From the NCBI GenBank assembly GCA_014360645.1, contig JACIXD010000018.1, positions 8,638 through 72,637 of the forward strand: 64,000 nt of DNA, given 5' to 3'. The position numbers and the translations under genes are program-made. A model generated the notes under the pieces. That model was not told where the DNA came from. It saw only the letters and a program-made list of their open reading frames with translations, and made no database searches. Below, piece by piece: positions 47,142-57,151 of this stretch (positions are counted from its first letter, which is position 1; each line of letters begins with the position of its first letter). This DNA is from Actinomycetota bacterium. Lineage in GTDB: Bacteria > Actinomycetota > Geothermincolia > Geothermincolales > RBG-13-55-18.

Positions 47142-48197
47142 CTACAACAACTGCGGGTCCCTCCGTTCCAGGCCCTCGGCCTCCACGCCGTTTATCTCCC
47201 GCAGGAGCATGAGCCCGGCGTCCCGGTCGGCATCTCCGCTGATGCCGTAGATGCGGGGCGCCATGACCTGCATGAAGGCCTTCACGACCCTCGGGTCGTA
47301 TTGCACGCCGCTGTAGGCCTGTATCTCCTCCGCGGCCTCCCTGGCCTCCAGGAGCTGGCGGTAGGACCGCCAGGAGGTCATGGCCACGAAGGAGTCGGCC
47401 ACGCTCAGGATGCGCGCTCCCAGGGGGATGGACTCCCCCTTCAGGCCGTCGGGGTAGCCCATGCCGTTCCACCATTCGTGGTGCCCGCGCACCAGCGGGA
47501 TGAGCTCCCAGTTGGGGCGTATGGCGGCCAGCATGTCCGCCCCCACCACGGGATGCCTCTTGATCATCTCCCGGTCCGCTGCCGGGAGCTCCACGCCCTT
47601 GAAGGCCTGTTCCGAAAGGCTTCCCGCCACCTGCAGCATCCCGATGTCCATGAGGTTCGCGGCCTTTTCGATGAGACGGACGTAGTCGTCGTCCAGTTCC
47701 ATACTGCGGGCGATCTCCACGGCATAGAAAGATACTCTTTTCCAGTGCCCCTTCATATGGGGCATCTTGCTCTCCAAGCGGGCGTGCAGGTCGTCCACGA
47801 TGGCCACGAGCTTGGAGACCTCCAGCAGGTCGGTGAGGTCGGCGAGGCGCTCCTGCAGGTCCCTGGTGGTGGCGTTCAGCCGCCGGAATATCTCCTGGGT
47901 CTGGCGGCTGTAGGACTTCTCCCGCACGGCGAGATAAGCGATGAAGGCCAGGATGAGCAGTGCGAGGCTTATACGCACCATGTTGTTGAAGTAATCCGAC
48001 TTGAAGAGGCTGTTGAGGAGCTCGAAGTTGAAGGCGTAGACGATGATCCCTATGCCCAGCACCAGGATCAGGGTCATGGCGAGGTAGAGGACCTCTTTCC
48101 TCCCTCTCTCCGCCCGCTGCACGCTCTCCTCGCCTTCGAACGCGACCGGCTCCACGCAGGTCTCCGAGGGCTTCAAGGCATTCTTTTCCCCCATCAT
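47142..48197 (-). CDS. Membrane-anchored HD-GYP domain protein (putative c-di-GMP phosphodiesterase)
   Basis: Two TM segments, a coiled linker, then the HD..x..HHEWWNGMGYP motif. Confidence 0.85.
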   Translation of the reverse strand: MMGEKNALKPSETCVEPVAFEGEESVQRAERGRKEVLYLAMTLILVLGIGIIVYAFNFELLNSLFKSDYFNNMVRISLALLILAFIAYLAVREKSYSRQTQEIFRRLNATTRDLQERLADLTDLLEVSKLVAIVDDLHARLESKMPHMKGHWKRVSFYAVEIARSMELDDDYVRLIEKAANLMDIGMLQVAGSLSEQAFKGVELPAADREMIKRHPVVGADMLAAIRPNWELIPLVRGHHEWWNGMGYPDGLKGESIPLGARILSVADSFVAMTSWRSYRQLLEAREAAEEIQAYSGVQYDPRVVKAFMQVMAPRIYGISGDADRDAGLMLLREINGVEAEGLERRDPQLL

Positions 48198-48348
48198 CTC
48201 GCACCCCTTCTCGTGCCCGTCATACGTTTCGGGTATCGGCCCGGGAGCGCGTCATGACATCCCCCCCGGGGGTGAATATGCCCCGACCCGAGTACTACAG
48301 CCGTGGCAGTCCCGGCGGTCCAGCGAGGTCGGGGCGGGGGGCGCGGGC

Positions 48349-48777
48349 TCAGGATGGGACCCAGTCGCGGCGAGCGTCGATCACGTGCACCACCCTCCAG
48401 CCGCGTTCCTGGAGCGCGGCGGCGATATGCCGGCGGTGGCACTTCCAGGGCAGCAGCTCGGCGCATATCAGGGCGCAGGTCGCCCTCTGCGCGAGCTCCT
48501 CCAGCTCCTCCAGGCCGGAGAGGAACTCGGGGGTGCGCATGTGCGCTTCATAACCCCCTTTCCGGTATCCTCCCAGCCGGTCTCCGAGCCAGGAATAGGC
48601 GATGCCCGCCTCCTCCAGGGCCGAGGCAAGGGGCTGGCGCGAGAAATGTGGGTAGCGCCGGCTGACGGGGAAGGAGCGCACGTCGCAAACCCTGCTTATA
48701 CCCCGCGCGCGCAGGAGGTCGATGAACTCGTCGAGGCCGCGGGTGCTCGTGCCCAGGGTGAAGACGGTCTTCTCCAC
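48349..48777 (-). CDS. DUF488 family protein
   Basis: TLGTS..F...L....I..V.DVR..P.SR...F and a C-terminal LLCAE..CHR-like motif (ICAELLPWKCHRR). GTG at 48777 follows GGAGGGAAGAGAG. The track start is 48816. Confidence 0.8.
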   Translation of the reverse strand: MEKTVFTLGTSTRGLDEFIDLLRARGISRVCDVRSFPVSRRYPHFSRQPLASALEEAGIAYSWLGDRLGGYRKGGYEAHMRTPEFLSGLEELEELAQRATCALICAELLPWKCHRRHIAAALQERGWRVVHVIDARRDWVPS

Positions 48778-48825
48778 CTCTCTTCCCTCCGCCCCCTCCC
48801 GTCGGCGCGGCCGCATCTTCCGTCC

Positions 48826-49254
48826 CTAAAGGGAATAGAGCTCCTCGTCGCTCAGCAGCTCCAGGCCCCTGCCGCGCAGGATGTCCTCCGCCTCCGGCAG
48901 CCTGTCCACCTCCACCACCAGGATGGCGGTCCTGCGGTCCTGAAAGACGAACCCGTAGGCGTCCTCGATGTTCACGCCGCTCTCCCCCAGCACGCGGCAC
49001 ACGCGGTGCAGCCCCCCGGGGCGGTCGTCCATGATCACCGCGATGACCTCCTTGAGGTAGGCGGAGAAGCCCTCCCCCCGCAGGGCCTCGAAGGCCTTGC
49101 GGGGGTCGTCCACCAGGAGCTTGACCACCCCGTACTCCTCGGCGCCGGAGATGGTTATGGCGCGGATGTTGATGCCCTCCTCCAACAGCACCTCGGTGAG
49201 CCTCTCCAGCCTGCCCGGCTGGTTCTGGGCGAAGACGTTGATCTGTTTAGCCAT
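48826..49254 (-). CDS. ACT domain-containing protein
   Basis: Two ACT-like halves. Overlaps the end of the paaK-like gene by 8 nt, a pairing commonly seen. Confidence 0.8.
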   Translation of the reverse strand: MAKQINVFAQNQPGRLERLTEVLLEEGINIRAITISGAEEYGVVKLLVDDPRKAFEALRGEGFSAYLKEVIAVIMDDRPGGLHRVCRVLGESGVNIEDAYGFVFQDRRTAILVVEVDRLPEAEDILRGRGLELLSDEELYSL

Positions 49255-50602
49255 CCCCGGCCCCCTTCGCGTGTTCCCGTCTGTCCACCACCCGCACCGC
49301 CTTACCCTCGCCCGCCGGCAGCGAGCCTGGCTCCACCAGCTCCACCCGCGGCGTGACCAGGATCTCCTGCCGCAGCTCCTCCGTGATCCTGCGGCGCAGC
49401 TCATGGAGTTCCCTTACCTCGCCGTGCCAGAGCTCCCCCGCCACCTCCACCAGCACCCGCATCTCGTCCATGGACCTCACGGTGTCCAGCACTATCTGGT
49501 AATTGGAACCCACTCCCAGCACCCCCAACAGGACCTTCTCCACCTGCATGGGGAAGATGTTCACCCCCTTGACGATGAACATGTCGTCGCTGCGCCCCTT
49601 GATGCGCGAGATGCGGCGATGGACCCTGCCGCAGGCGCACTCCCCGGGGTTGACAGAGGCGAGGTCCCGGGTGCGGTAGCGCAGCAGGGGCATAGCCTCC
49701 CGGTTGAGGGAGGTGAAGACCAGCTCCCCCTCCTCGCCTTCCTGCACCGGCTCCAGGGTCTCGGGGTCCAGGACCTCGAGGTAGAAGCTGTCCTCCCAGA
49801 CGTGCATGCCCTGCTGGGCCGGGCACTCGAAAGCCACCCCGGGGCCGCACATCTCCGAGAGCCCGTAGGAGTTGTAGGCCCGCACCCCGTAGCCTTCCTC
49901 CACACGCCTCCTCAACCCCTCGGTATGGGGCTCGGCCCCGATGAAGGCGATGCGCAGGTCGGTATCGGCGCGGGGATCCAGGCCCAGCTCCGCGAAGACC
50001 TCGAGCAGGTAGAGGGCATAGCTGGGGATGACGTGGACCACGGTGGTATGGAAATCGCGCATGAGCTGGATCTGGCGCTTGCTGTTCCCGGCGCCGGCGG
50101 GTATGACCATGGCCCCGATCCTCTCCGCGGCGTAATGGAAGCCCAGGCCCCCGGTGAACAGCCCGTAGCCCATCATGTTCTGGAAGACGTCGGAGCGTCG
50201 CACCCCGGTCATGTACATGCAGCGCGCCACCAGGTCCGTCCAGGCGTCGATGTCCGCCGCGGTGTGGAAGACCACCGTGGCCTGGCCGGTGGTCCCGGAG
50301 GAAGAATGCATGCGCACCACGTCCTCCAGGGGGACGGTGAGGAAGCGCGTGGGGTCGCCGCCCCGCAGGGTGTCCTTGTCCATGCACGGGAGCGCGCGCA
50401 GGTCGCTCAGGGAGCGCACGCGCCCGGGGTCGAAGCCGGCGGCGGCGAACCACTGCCGGTAGAAAGGGCTTCTCGCGCAGCGTTCCAGGGTATCCCGCAG
50501 GCGACGCAGCTGCAGGGCTTCTATCTCCTCCCTGGAAAGGAGTTCCATCTCGGCGTTCCAGTATCCGTCTTTCAAGTCTTCCTCCCCACGGGGTCGGGTC
50601 AT
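49247..50602 (-). CDS. paaK: Phenylacetate--CoA ligase family adenylate-forming enzyme
   Basis: SSGTTG AMP-binding motif and PaaK-like N-terminus (YW..E.LSREE) and length. Confidence 0.9.
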   Translation of the reverse strand: MTRPRGEEDLKDGYWNAEMELLSREEIEALQLRRLRDTLERCARSPFYRQWFAAAGFDPGRVRSLSDLRALPCMDKDTLRGGDPTRFLTVPLEDVVRMHSSSGTTGQATVVFHTAADIDAWTDLVARCMYMTGVRRSDVFQNMMGYGLFTGGLGFHYAAERIGAMVIPAGAGNSKRQIQLMRDFHTTVVHVIPSYALYLLEVFAELGLDPRADTDLRIAFIGAEPHTEGLRRRVEEGYGVRAYNSYGLSEMCGPGVAFECPAQQGMHVWEDSFYLEVLDPETLEPVQEGEEGELVFTSLNREAMPLLRYRTRDLASVNPGECACGRVHRRISRIKGRSDDMFIVKGVNIFPMQVEKVLLGVLGVGSNYQIVLDTVRSMDEMRVLVEVAGELWHGEVRELHELRRRITEELRQEILVTPRVELVEPGSLPAGEGKAVRVVDRREHAKGAGDG

Positions 50603-50843
50603 CTATACCGGGTCTCCGGGTTCGCTACTCGATTATAGATCAAAAGGGTCGGCTCTTTGATCCCGTAGGCCCGCTTTCGTTCCGGATCGCGGACCGAAGG
50701 GATGGGATATGGCGGTATCCCTCATCACCGCGTTCCCCGCCGCGCGGCCCGGCGGCATGGGGGGTAGCTCCGGGTCGGCGGCATGGCCAGAATCGACAAG
50801 TCGGCCATACGCTGGCTCCGATGCGGGCCAGACCCCGGGTGCC

Positions 50844-51713
50844 TTACCCCCCAGCCTGGGCGAAGCGCACCGCCAGGTGCGGGCCGCGCACCGTGAACCC
50901 CAGCTTGCGGTAGAGGGCGATGGCCGCCTCGTTGTCGCGCTGCGTCTCCAGGCGCACGGCCCTGCCCTTCCCCAGCGAGGAAGAGCACACCAGGGCACAG
51001 GCCGAGAGCGCGAAGCCCCTGCGGCGGTACTCCGGCATGACGTAGACGCCGCCCAGCTCGTCCGCCCCGGGGGTCATGGCCTCCATCTCCGCCTTGGCCA
51101 CCGCCATCCCCTCGCTGCGCACCACCGCCGCCGCCCCCTCGTCCACCGCACGCAGCATCTGCGAGCGCAGCACCCACTCCTCCGCGCCGCTGCCGAGCAG
51201 CTCCCGGTGGAGCATGGACTCCAGGCGCACCAGGTCATCCAGGTCCTCCTCGCGTGCCGGAACCGCCGGCGCGTGGTCGGGCAACGCGGCGGGCGGATAG
51301 AGGGCCATGGTGACCTCCTCCTCGCGGTGCTCGACCCTGCGCCTCAGCTCCGGCAGAGCGTCGAGCAGACCTTCGACCTCCTCCTCGGGACCCACCAGCA
51401 GGTAAGGGGGACCCCACAGCTCCAGCGCCCTCTCCGCCAGCCCGCGCGCCACCGCTCGCGGCGCCGCCACCCTCCATACCCCCAGGTTGTTGTGGAACAG
51501 GACCCCCGCGAGCTCATCCCCCTCACGCGCTGCCAGGTATCTCCCCTGCTCCGCCAGGCCCATGTCGAAAAGGCCCCAGCGACGCAAGGCCCAGACCATG
51601 CGCAGGTTTTCGAAGGCGTCGCGCTCCAGGAACTCCAGCGCCTCCACCATCCGGCCCAGCTCGAGCTCCGCGATCCGCAAACCTTCTCCTCCCTCTCCTA
51701 CCCTCGCCGTCAT
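50844..51713 (-). CDS. GNAT family acetyltransferase with N-terminal extension domain
   Basis: C-terminal GNAT core (GGVYVMPEYRRRGFA, AIALYRKLGF). The start is uncertain. Confidence 0.7.
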   Translation of the reverse strand: MTARVGEGGEGLRIAELELGRMVEALEFLERDAFENLRMVWALRRWGLFDMGLAEQGRYLAAREGDELAGVLFHNNLGVWRVAAPRAVARGLAERALELWGPPYLLVGPEEEVEGLLDALPELRRRVEHREEEVTMALYPPAALPDHAPAVPAREEDLDDLVRLESMLHRELLGSGAEEWVLRSQMLRAVDEGAAAVVRSEGMAVAKAEMEAMTPGADELGGVYVMPEYRRRGFALSACALVCSSSLGKGRAVRLETQRDNEAAIALYRKLGFTVRGPHLAVRFAQAGG

Positions 51714-51767
51714 CCCCGCCCGCGCGTAACGCGCACGAGCCGGGAGACACGGAAGCTCCTTCACTGC

Positions 51768-51773
51768 TACAAT
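51768..51773 (+). promoter_or_regulatory. TACAAT -10 box 6 nt before the helicase GTG (leaderless candidate)
   Basis: ctgcTACAATggtagcGTG, the same geometry as ftsH. Confidence 0.5.
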
Positions 51774-51779
51774 GGTAGC

Positions 51780-54494
51780 GTGAACGGAGAGATAGAAAAA
51801 AGCGGGATCACGGATTTCGAGTCGCAATATCCCTTCCCACTGGACGGTTTTCAGCGCCAAGCCATCGAGGCCCTCTCACGGGACCGCTCCGTGCTGGTGG
51901 TGGCGCCGACCGGATCGGGGAAGACGGTGATCGCCGAATATGCGGTGTGGGCGGCGGAGAGGACCGGCCTCAAGACCTTCTACACCACCCCCTTGAAGGC
52001 CCTGAGCAACCAGAAATACCGCGATTTCTGCGCCGTGTACGGGAGCGATAACGTGGGGCTGCTCACCGGCGACAACAGCATCAACGGCGAGGCGCCGGTG
52101 GTGATCATGACCACCGAGGTACTTCGCAACATGATCTACGAGCGCTCGCCCACCCTCTACGGCCTGCGCTACGTGGTGCTCGACGAGTGCCACTATCTCA
52201 TGGACCCCTTCCGCGGCCCGGTCTGGGAGGAGATCATCATCCACCTGCCTGTGGAGGTGAAGATCGTGGGGCTGTCCGCAACCGTCTCCAATTACCGCGA
52301 GTTCGGTGCGTGGCTCAACGACCTGCGGGGCGACGTGGAGACCATCTATCACGACCACCGCCCGGTCCCCCTCCGCCATTACTACATGATCGGGGGCATC
52401 ATGGTGAACCTGCTCTCCTCGCGCTCGCCGCGGGTGGTGGAAGAATACGAGAAGTCGTTCAAGGGGAGGAGGGGGGCGGGGCGTCCCCGAACCAGGCACT
52501 TGGTGCCCCGCCGCGCGGACGTGGTGCGTAGGCTGCACAGGTCGGGCATGCTGCCGGCCATCTACTTCATCTTCAGCCGGGCGGGGTGCGACGCCGGGGT
52601 GGCGCACTGCATGGAAGCGGGCATAGACCTCACCGACGCCGGGGAGAAGGAACGGATCGAGGAGCTGGCGCTGGCGCGCGTCTCCTGGCTCCCCGAGGAA
52701 GACCTCAAGGTCTTCGGCTTCGAGCTGTGGCTGGAGGCCTTGAAACGCGGCCTCGCCTCCCACCACGCCGGCCATCTGCCCATCTTCAAGGAGGTGGTGG
52801 AGGACCTCTTCGCGCAGGGGCTGGTGAAGGTGGTCTTCGCCACCGAGACCCTCTCCCTGGGCATCAACATGCCCGCCAAGACGGTGGTGATCGAATCCCT
52901 CTACAAGTTCAGCGGCGAGAGCCATGACCTGCTCACCCCCACGGAATACACCCAGTTCACCGGCCGCGCGGGACGCCGGGGCATCGATAAGGTGGGAAAC
53001 GCCGTCACCCTCTACAACCCCATGGTCCCCTTCTCGCAGGTGCAGAAGCTGGCGGAGGCCGAGAGCCTGCCCATCCGCTCCAGCTTCAGCCTCTCCTACA
53101 ACATGGCCGTCAACCTCCTGCGCTATTACGACATGGAGAGGGCGGTACACCTGCTCAATTCCAGTTTCGCCCAGTTCCATGCCGACCGCGACGTGGTGCG
53201 CCTCGAGCGCACCAAGACCAGGATGGCGCGGCGCATGCGCGCGCACGAGGAGAAGATCGCCTGCGAGCGCGGCGACGCCCTCTCCTATTTCGACCTGCGC
53301 GTGCGGGTCTCGCGCATGGAAAAGGAGATCGCCGAGGAGCGCCGCCGCCGCAGGAAGGAACTGGTAAACCGTGAACTGGAGGAGCTGCTGGTCGGCGACG
53401 TCATCGTCCTCCACCGCAAGGGCGGCCGCAGGCCGGCGGCGGTGCTGGGGATAGCGGAGGACAAGTACGGCAACCCCCGCCTCACCACCATGGACGACCG
53501 CGGCCACTTCCTCAAGGTCTCCTACGGCCAGTTCCCCCTGCCGCCGCAGGTGATCGGCCACCTGGGAAGCCCCTTCCTGCCCGCCGACAGCAAGGCGAAG
53601 GAGAAGAAGCTCCGCCAGGCGCTCTCCAACTTCAAGCTCCCTCCCCCCCAGGCATGGGAGGAGGATTCCTTCATCCCCCAGCGGGAGGAGCTGGCGGCGG
53701 CCGTATCGGGGCTGGAGGCCATGGAGTGCCATTCCTGCGAGCGCCGCGAGGCGTGTGTGGACACCTGCCGCCAGATCGTGAACCTGCGGGAGGAGATCTC
53801 CCGCATCGACCGCCAGATGGAGGCGCGCAGCGACGTGTCCTCGCGAAAGCTGGCGGTCATCACGCGGGTGCTTGAGCGCCTCGGCTACCTGGAGGGAGGG
53901 AACCCCACCAGGAAAGGCCTCACCCTCAGCCGCATCTACAACGAGTGCGACCTGCTGCTGGTGGAATGCCTGGAGGAAGGGATCTTCCACGGCCTGGACG
54001 CGGCGGAGACGGCCGCCTTCGCCTCCATCTTCGTCTTCGAGTCGCGCGAGGGACCCGGGCCGCGCCGGCCCGGCATGCGCGGGCGCGGGCGCGAGGTGCC
54101 GCCCCCTTCCTCCATCCCCACCCCCGCTCTGGAGGAGGCCCTGGCCCATGCGCGCTCCCTGGAGGGGAGGATAAAGACGCTCGAGACGCGGGAAGGCCTG
54201 GACCTGCTGCGCGCCGCCGATCCCGGGTTCATGCGCGTGGTGCACGACTGGGCCTGCGGCGAGAGCCTGGAATATATATCCTCCACCTATCCCCAGTACT
54301 CCGCGGGGGATTTCGTGCGCTCCATGAAGCAGGTGCTCGACATCTTGCGCCAGATCAAGGAGGTGGCGGAAGACCCCGCCATCTCCAGGAAGGTCTCCGA
54401 GGCCATGGACCTCATCCATCGCAGCATCGTCGCCTACACCAGCGTGGTGGACGCGGTGGAGGAAGAGCTGGAGAGCGAGCCCCTGGCGCGGTGA
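51780..54494 (+). CDS. helY: Ski2-like DEAD/DEAH-box RNA helicase (HelY-like)
   Basis: Walker A APTGSGKT, DECH box, SAT, then arch and DSHCT-like C-terminal regions. About 904 aa. The in-frame GTG at 51780 is the first plausible start. Confidence 0.85.
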   Translation: MNGEIEKSGITDFESQYPFPLDGFQRQAIEALSRDRSVLVVAPTGSGKTVIAEYAVWAAERTGLKTFYTTPLKALSNQKYRDFCAVYGSDNVGLLTGDNSINGEAPVVIMTTEVLRNMIYERSPTLYGLRYVVLDECHYLMDPFRGPVWEEIIIHLPVEVKIVGLSATVSNYREFGAWLNDLRGDVETIYHDHRPVPLRHYYMIGGIMVNLLSSRSPRVVEEYEKSFKGRRGAGRPRTRHLVPRRADVVRRLHRSGMLPAIYFIFSRAGCDAGVAHCMEAGIDLTDAGEKERIEELALARVSWLPEEDLKVFGFELWLEALKRGLASHHAGHLPIFKEVVEDLFAQGLVKVVFATETLSLGINMPAKTVVIESLYKFSGESHDLLTPTEYTQFTGRAGRRGIDKVGNAVTLYNPMVPFSQVQKLAEAESLPIRSSFSLSYNMAVNLLRYYDMERAVHLLNSSFAQFHADRDVVRLERTKTRMARRMRAHEEKIACERGDALSYFDLRVRVSRMEKEIAEERRRRRKELVNRELEELLVGDVIVLHRKGGRRPAAVLGIAEDKYGNPRLTTMDDRGHFLKVSYGQFPLPPQVIGHLGSPFLPADSKAKEKKLRQALSNFKLPPPQAWEEDSFIPQREELAAAVSGLEAMECHSCERREACVDTCRQIVNLREEISRIDRQMEARSDVSSRKLAVITRVLERLGYLEGGNPTRKGLTLSRIYNECDLLLVECLEEGIFHGLDAAETAAFASIFVFESREGPGPRRPGMRGRGREVPPPSSIPTPALEEALAHARSLEGRIKTLETREGLDLLRAADPGFMRVVHDWACGESLEYISSTYPQYSAGDFVRSMKQVLDILRQIKEVAEDPAISRKVSEAMDLIHRSIVAYTSVVDAVEEELESEPLAR

Positions 54495-54683
54495 CGGACG
54501 CCTGGCGGTGGCGGCCCATTCCGGTGCCCGGAGGCGGAGAAATGGGACACTCGCCCGCAGCGCCTGCGGGAGCGAGGCCTCACAACATCCGGACAGACCC
54601 CGCGTGGACGGAAGAACGGCCGCCTCGCCGATCCGCTGACGCCGGAAAGCGGTTCAAGGGGTTACCCCGAAGTGCCGATATGT

Positions 54684-54689
54684 TAGAAT
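54684..54689 (+). promoter_or_regulatory. TAGAAT -10 box (extended TGtTAGAAT) upstream of 54750 gene
   Basis: An AT-rich patch 60 nt upstream of the ATG. An AAGGGGGA SD follows. Confidence 0.45.
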
Positions 54690-54749
54690 CGATATATAGT
54701 GTTTCCTTTTTAAGGTAAGAGTGGCGAAAGTAAACAAGGGGGACTGGCG

Positions 54750-55463
54750 ATGAAGAGGACAGCGCTTATCGGCCTCCTCTGTCTTCTCCTTTCCGGCCTG
54801 CTGGTCGGTTGGGCCTGGGCGCAGGGAGAGGGAGGTACCGCCGCGGAAGAGCAGGCCGTCGCGGAAAAGCCCGCGGAGGAGGCAACCTTCGAGGAACCGA
54901 CCATGCCCTACCGAGACTGGGGCGACTACCGCTACATCTTCACCGGCGTGGCGCCTTCCGCGGACCTCGACCCGCAGAGCGTGATCATGAACTGGTTCAC
55001 GCCCGATCTCTACAACGCCAACTGGAGCCATGCCAACTACGTGCACCTGCGCGTCACCGTGCAGTGGCACCGCAACGAACGTTCCCTCGATTACATGCCC
55101 CTGCAGCTCATCCTGCACAGCGGCGGGCGGTCCTTCATCCTCTTCGGGAAGTCCAACGCCGGCCAGTCCTACCTGTGGCGGCGCGGTAACCACTACGGCA
55201 ACGACGTGGGCGCGCGCTATCCCGACCACGTGGGCGACGATGCCAGGGTCATCTTCACCTTCGACACCAACGGAGCGGCCATAGACCCCTACAACTCCTA
55301 CATCGAGGTGAGGGGGATCCTGGAGGTGTGGGACTGGAACGCCCGCAGCAAGCTGTACGTGGACAAGGCCCTGGAGAGCCATTACTGGTACCGCTACGGC
55401 AGCTCCTACTTCACCTATACTCCCCTGGGCAGCATACCCCTGGCGGAACTGCTGCCCAAGTAA
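54750..55463 (+). CDS. Secreted hypothetical protein
   Basis: Clear signal peptide (LIGLLCLLLSGLLVGWAWA-QGE) and an aromatic-rich mature part. No family recognised. Confidence 0.7.
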   Translation: MKRTALIGLLCLLLSGLLVGWAWAQGEGGTAAEEQAVAEKPAEEATFEEPTMPYRDWGDYRYIFTGVAPSADLDPQSVIMNWFTPDLYNANWSHANYVHLRVTVQWHRNERSLDYMPLQLILHSGGRSFILFGKSNAGQSYLWRRGNHYGNDVGARYPDHVGDDARVIFTFDTNGAAIDPYNSYIEVRGILEVWDWNARSKLYVDKALESHYWYRYGSSYFTYTPLGSIPLAELLPK

Positions 55464-55486
55464 GCGGCCGGAACAGTTGCGGCACG

Positions 55487-55516
55487 GAGGCCGGGCGAGC
55501 GCCTGGCCTCTTTTCT
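55487..55516 (+). terminator. Rho-independent terminator
   Basis: GAGGCCGGGC-gagc-GCCTGGCCTC (10-bp stem including one GU pair) followed by TTTTCT, 24 nt after the stop. Confidence 0.8.
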
Positions 55517-55763
55517 ATCCCCCACCCGGCCAGGCCCCGGATGCCTGGAGCCGAGCGCCGGCCTCGGCATCGCGCTTGGGACGGCACGTCCGGAACCCGG
55601 GGCCCGTGGGCCTATCCCTTCATCCGCACCCCGGGTGAGGCGGTCCCCCCGTAAACGAAGGGGCGGCGCTGGTCGATTAGGGATAGGGACGAGGATAATA
55701 TAGGCAAGGCGTCATCGCGGTACGCCGCCCCGCGGCGGCCGCGCCGGGGTGGAGAGCGGAGCG

Positions 55764-57005
55764 ATGCAACTGGAACGCAGGCTTGCCTGGCTTCTGACGG
55801 TGGCGGCGGCCGTTGCCGTGCCCGTCCTGGCGGTGATCATCCATCTCCCCCACCGGGAGGAGATGGACCACTCAGTGCTCTATCTATGCCTGGCCGCCGT
55901 GGCCGTGCTGGTGACCGCGCAGAACCTGGTGCTGCTCTACCCCAGCAGGCAGGGCAAGCTCTTCCCGCGCCTGCCCGACCTCTTCGTGGGCCTGCTCTTC
56001 TACCACTTCATCATCTGCACGGCCGTGTATTTCAGCGGCGGGGTGGAGAGCCCTCTATTCCCCGCCGCGCTCATCGGCCCCATCGCCGCGGGTCTGGCCT
56101 TCGAGCTGTCGGCGGCGGGAGCGAGCACGGCCGCCCTGGCGGCGATGTACGCCGCGGTGGTCCTGGCCCGCTCCGGAGCCGAGAGCGCCGTCCTGCAGCC
56201 CCTGGCGCTGAACCTCTCCTTCCTCGCCCTGGCCTGCCTGATGTCGAACCGCCTCTCCCTGGAGCTGCGGCGGCAGGAGCAGTCGCGGGACGAGGTGGAG
56301 AGCCTGGGCGAGTTCATCCGGCGTCTGGAGAAGGCCAAGTCCGAATTCGTCTCCATGGTCTCCCACGAGCTGCGCACCCCCCTGACCTCCATACGGGGGT
56401 TCAGCGAGATCCTGGAGAGCAAGGACCTGGAGCCGGAGAAAAAACAGGAGTTCTACCGCATCATCCTTAACGAATCCGAACGCCTGTCCCGCCTCATCAA
56501 CAACCTGCTCAACCTCTCCAGGATCGAGGCGGGGATCGAGCTCAACCGCGATATGACCGACCTCGCCGAGCTGCTGCGCGAGGACATCGATCTCTTCCAG
56601 TCCCAGACGGATATCCACGAGCTGAGATATCTCGGTTCCCAACCGCTTCCCCCGGTCTACTGCGACCAGGACCGCATGCACCAGGTGATAAAGAACCTCC
56701 TCTCCAACGCCGTCAAGTACTCGCCCCAGGGCGGCCTCATCGAGGTGGATACCGGCGTGGAGGGTAAATACGTCACCGTGTCCGTGACCGACCACGGCAT
56801 CGGCATCCCCCCCGAGGACCTGCCGCACATCTTCGAGCGCTTCCGGCGCGCCGAGAACCAGGGGCAGTGGGGGATCACGGGGACGGGCCTGGGTCTGGCC
56901 ATCGTCAAGCACCTGGTGGAACTGCACGGGGGAAAGATCAGCGTGAGGAGCGAGCCGGGGAAGGGCAGCACCTTCACCGTGTACGTTCCCATAAGGGGGT
57001 TGTAG
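55764..57005 (+). CDS. Membrane sensor histidine kinase (HisKA + HATPase_c)
   Basis: Multi-TM N-terminus. H-box SHELRTPL (His codon 56364-56366), N-box NLLSNAVKY, G1 DHGIGI and G2 GTGLGL. Confidence 0.85.
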   Translation: MQLERRLAWLLTVAAAVAVPVLAVIIHLPHREEMDHSVLYLCLAAVAVLVTAQNLVLLYPSRQGKLFPRLPDLFVGLLFYHFIICTAVYFSGGVESPLFPAALIGPIAAGLAFELSAAGASTAALAAMYAAVVLARSGAESAVLQPLALNLSFLALACLMSNRLSLELRRQEQSRDEVESLGEFIRRLEKAKSEFVSMVSHELRTPLTSIRGFSEILESKDLEPEKKQEFYRIILNESERLSRLINNLLNLSRIEAGIELNRDMTDLAELLREDIDLFQSQTDIHELRYLGSQPLPPVYCDQDRMHQVIKNLLSNAVKYSPQGGLIEVDTGVEGKYVTVSVTDHGIGIPPEDLPHIFERFRRAENQGQWGITGTGLGLAIVKHLVELHGGKISVRSEPGKGSTFTVYVPIRGL

Positions 57006-57151
57006 GTGTACGCGTTGCCGCCGGCATCCGGAGCCGCGGGAACTTCGCCGCGCCGGCCCCGAGTCAGGGTCACGGCTCGGGCAGCGCCGGGCACGGCGCC
57101 CCCCTGCGGCTCTCCCCGCGGCGGAGAAAGCGGGCCAGGAGGTGGTTGAGT

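Noticed and set aside
51780-54494. A large helicase next to GNAT and kinase genes as a possible defence module.
   Set aside because: The motif set and length fit the housekeeping Ski2-like HelY RNA helicase. No nuclease, methylase, TIR/SIR2 or other effector partner is nearby.
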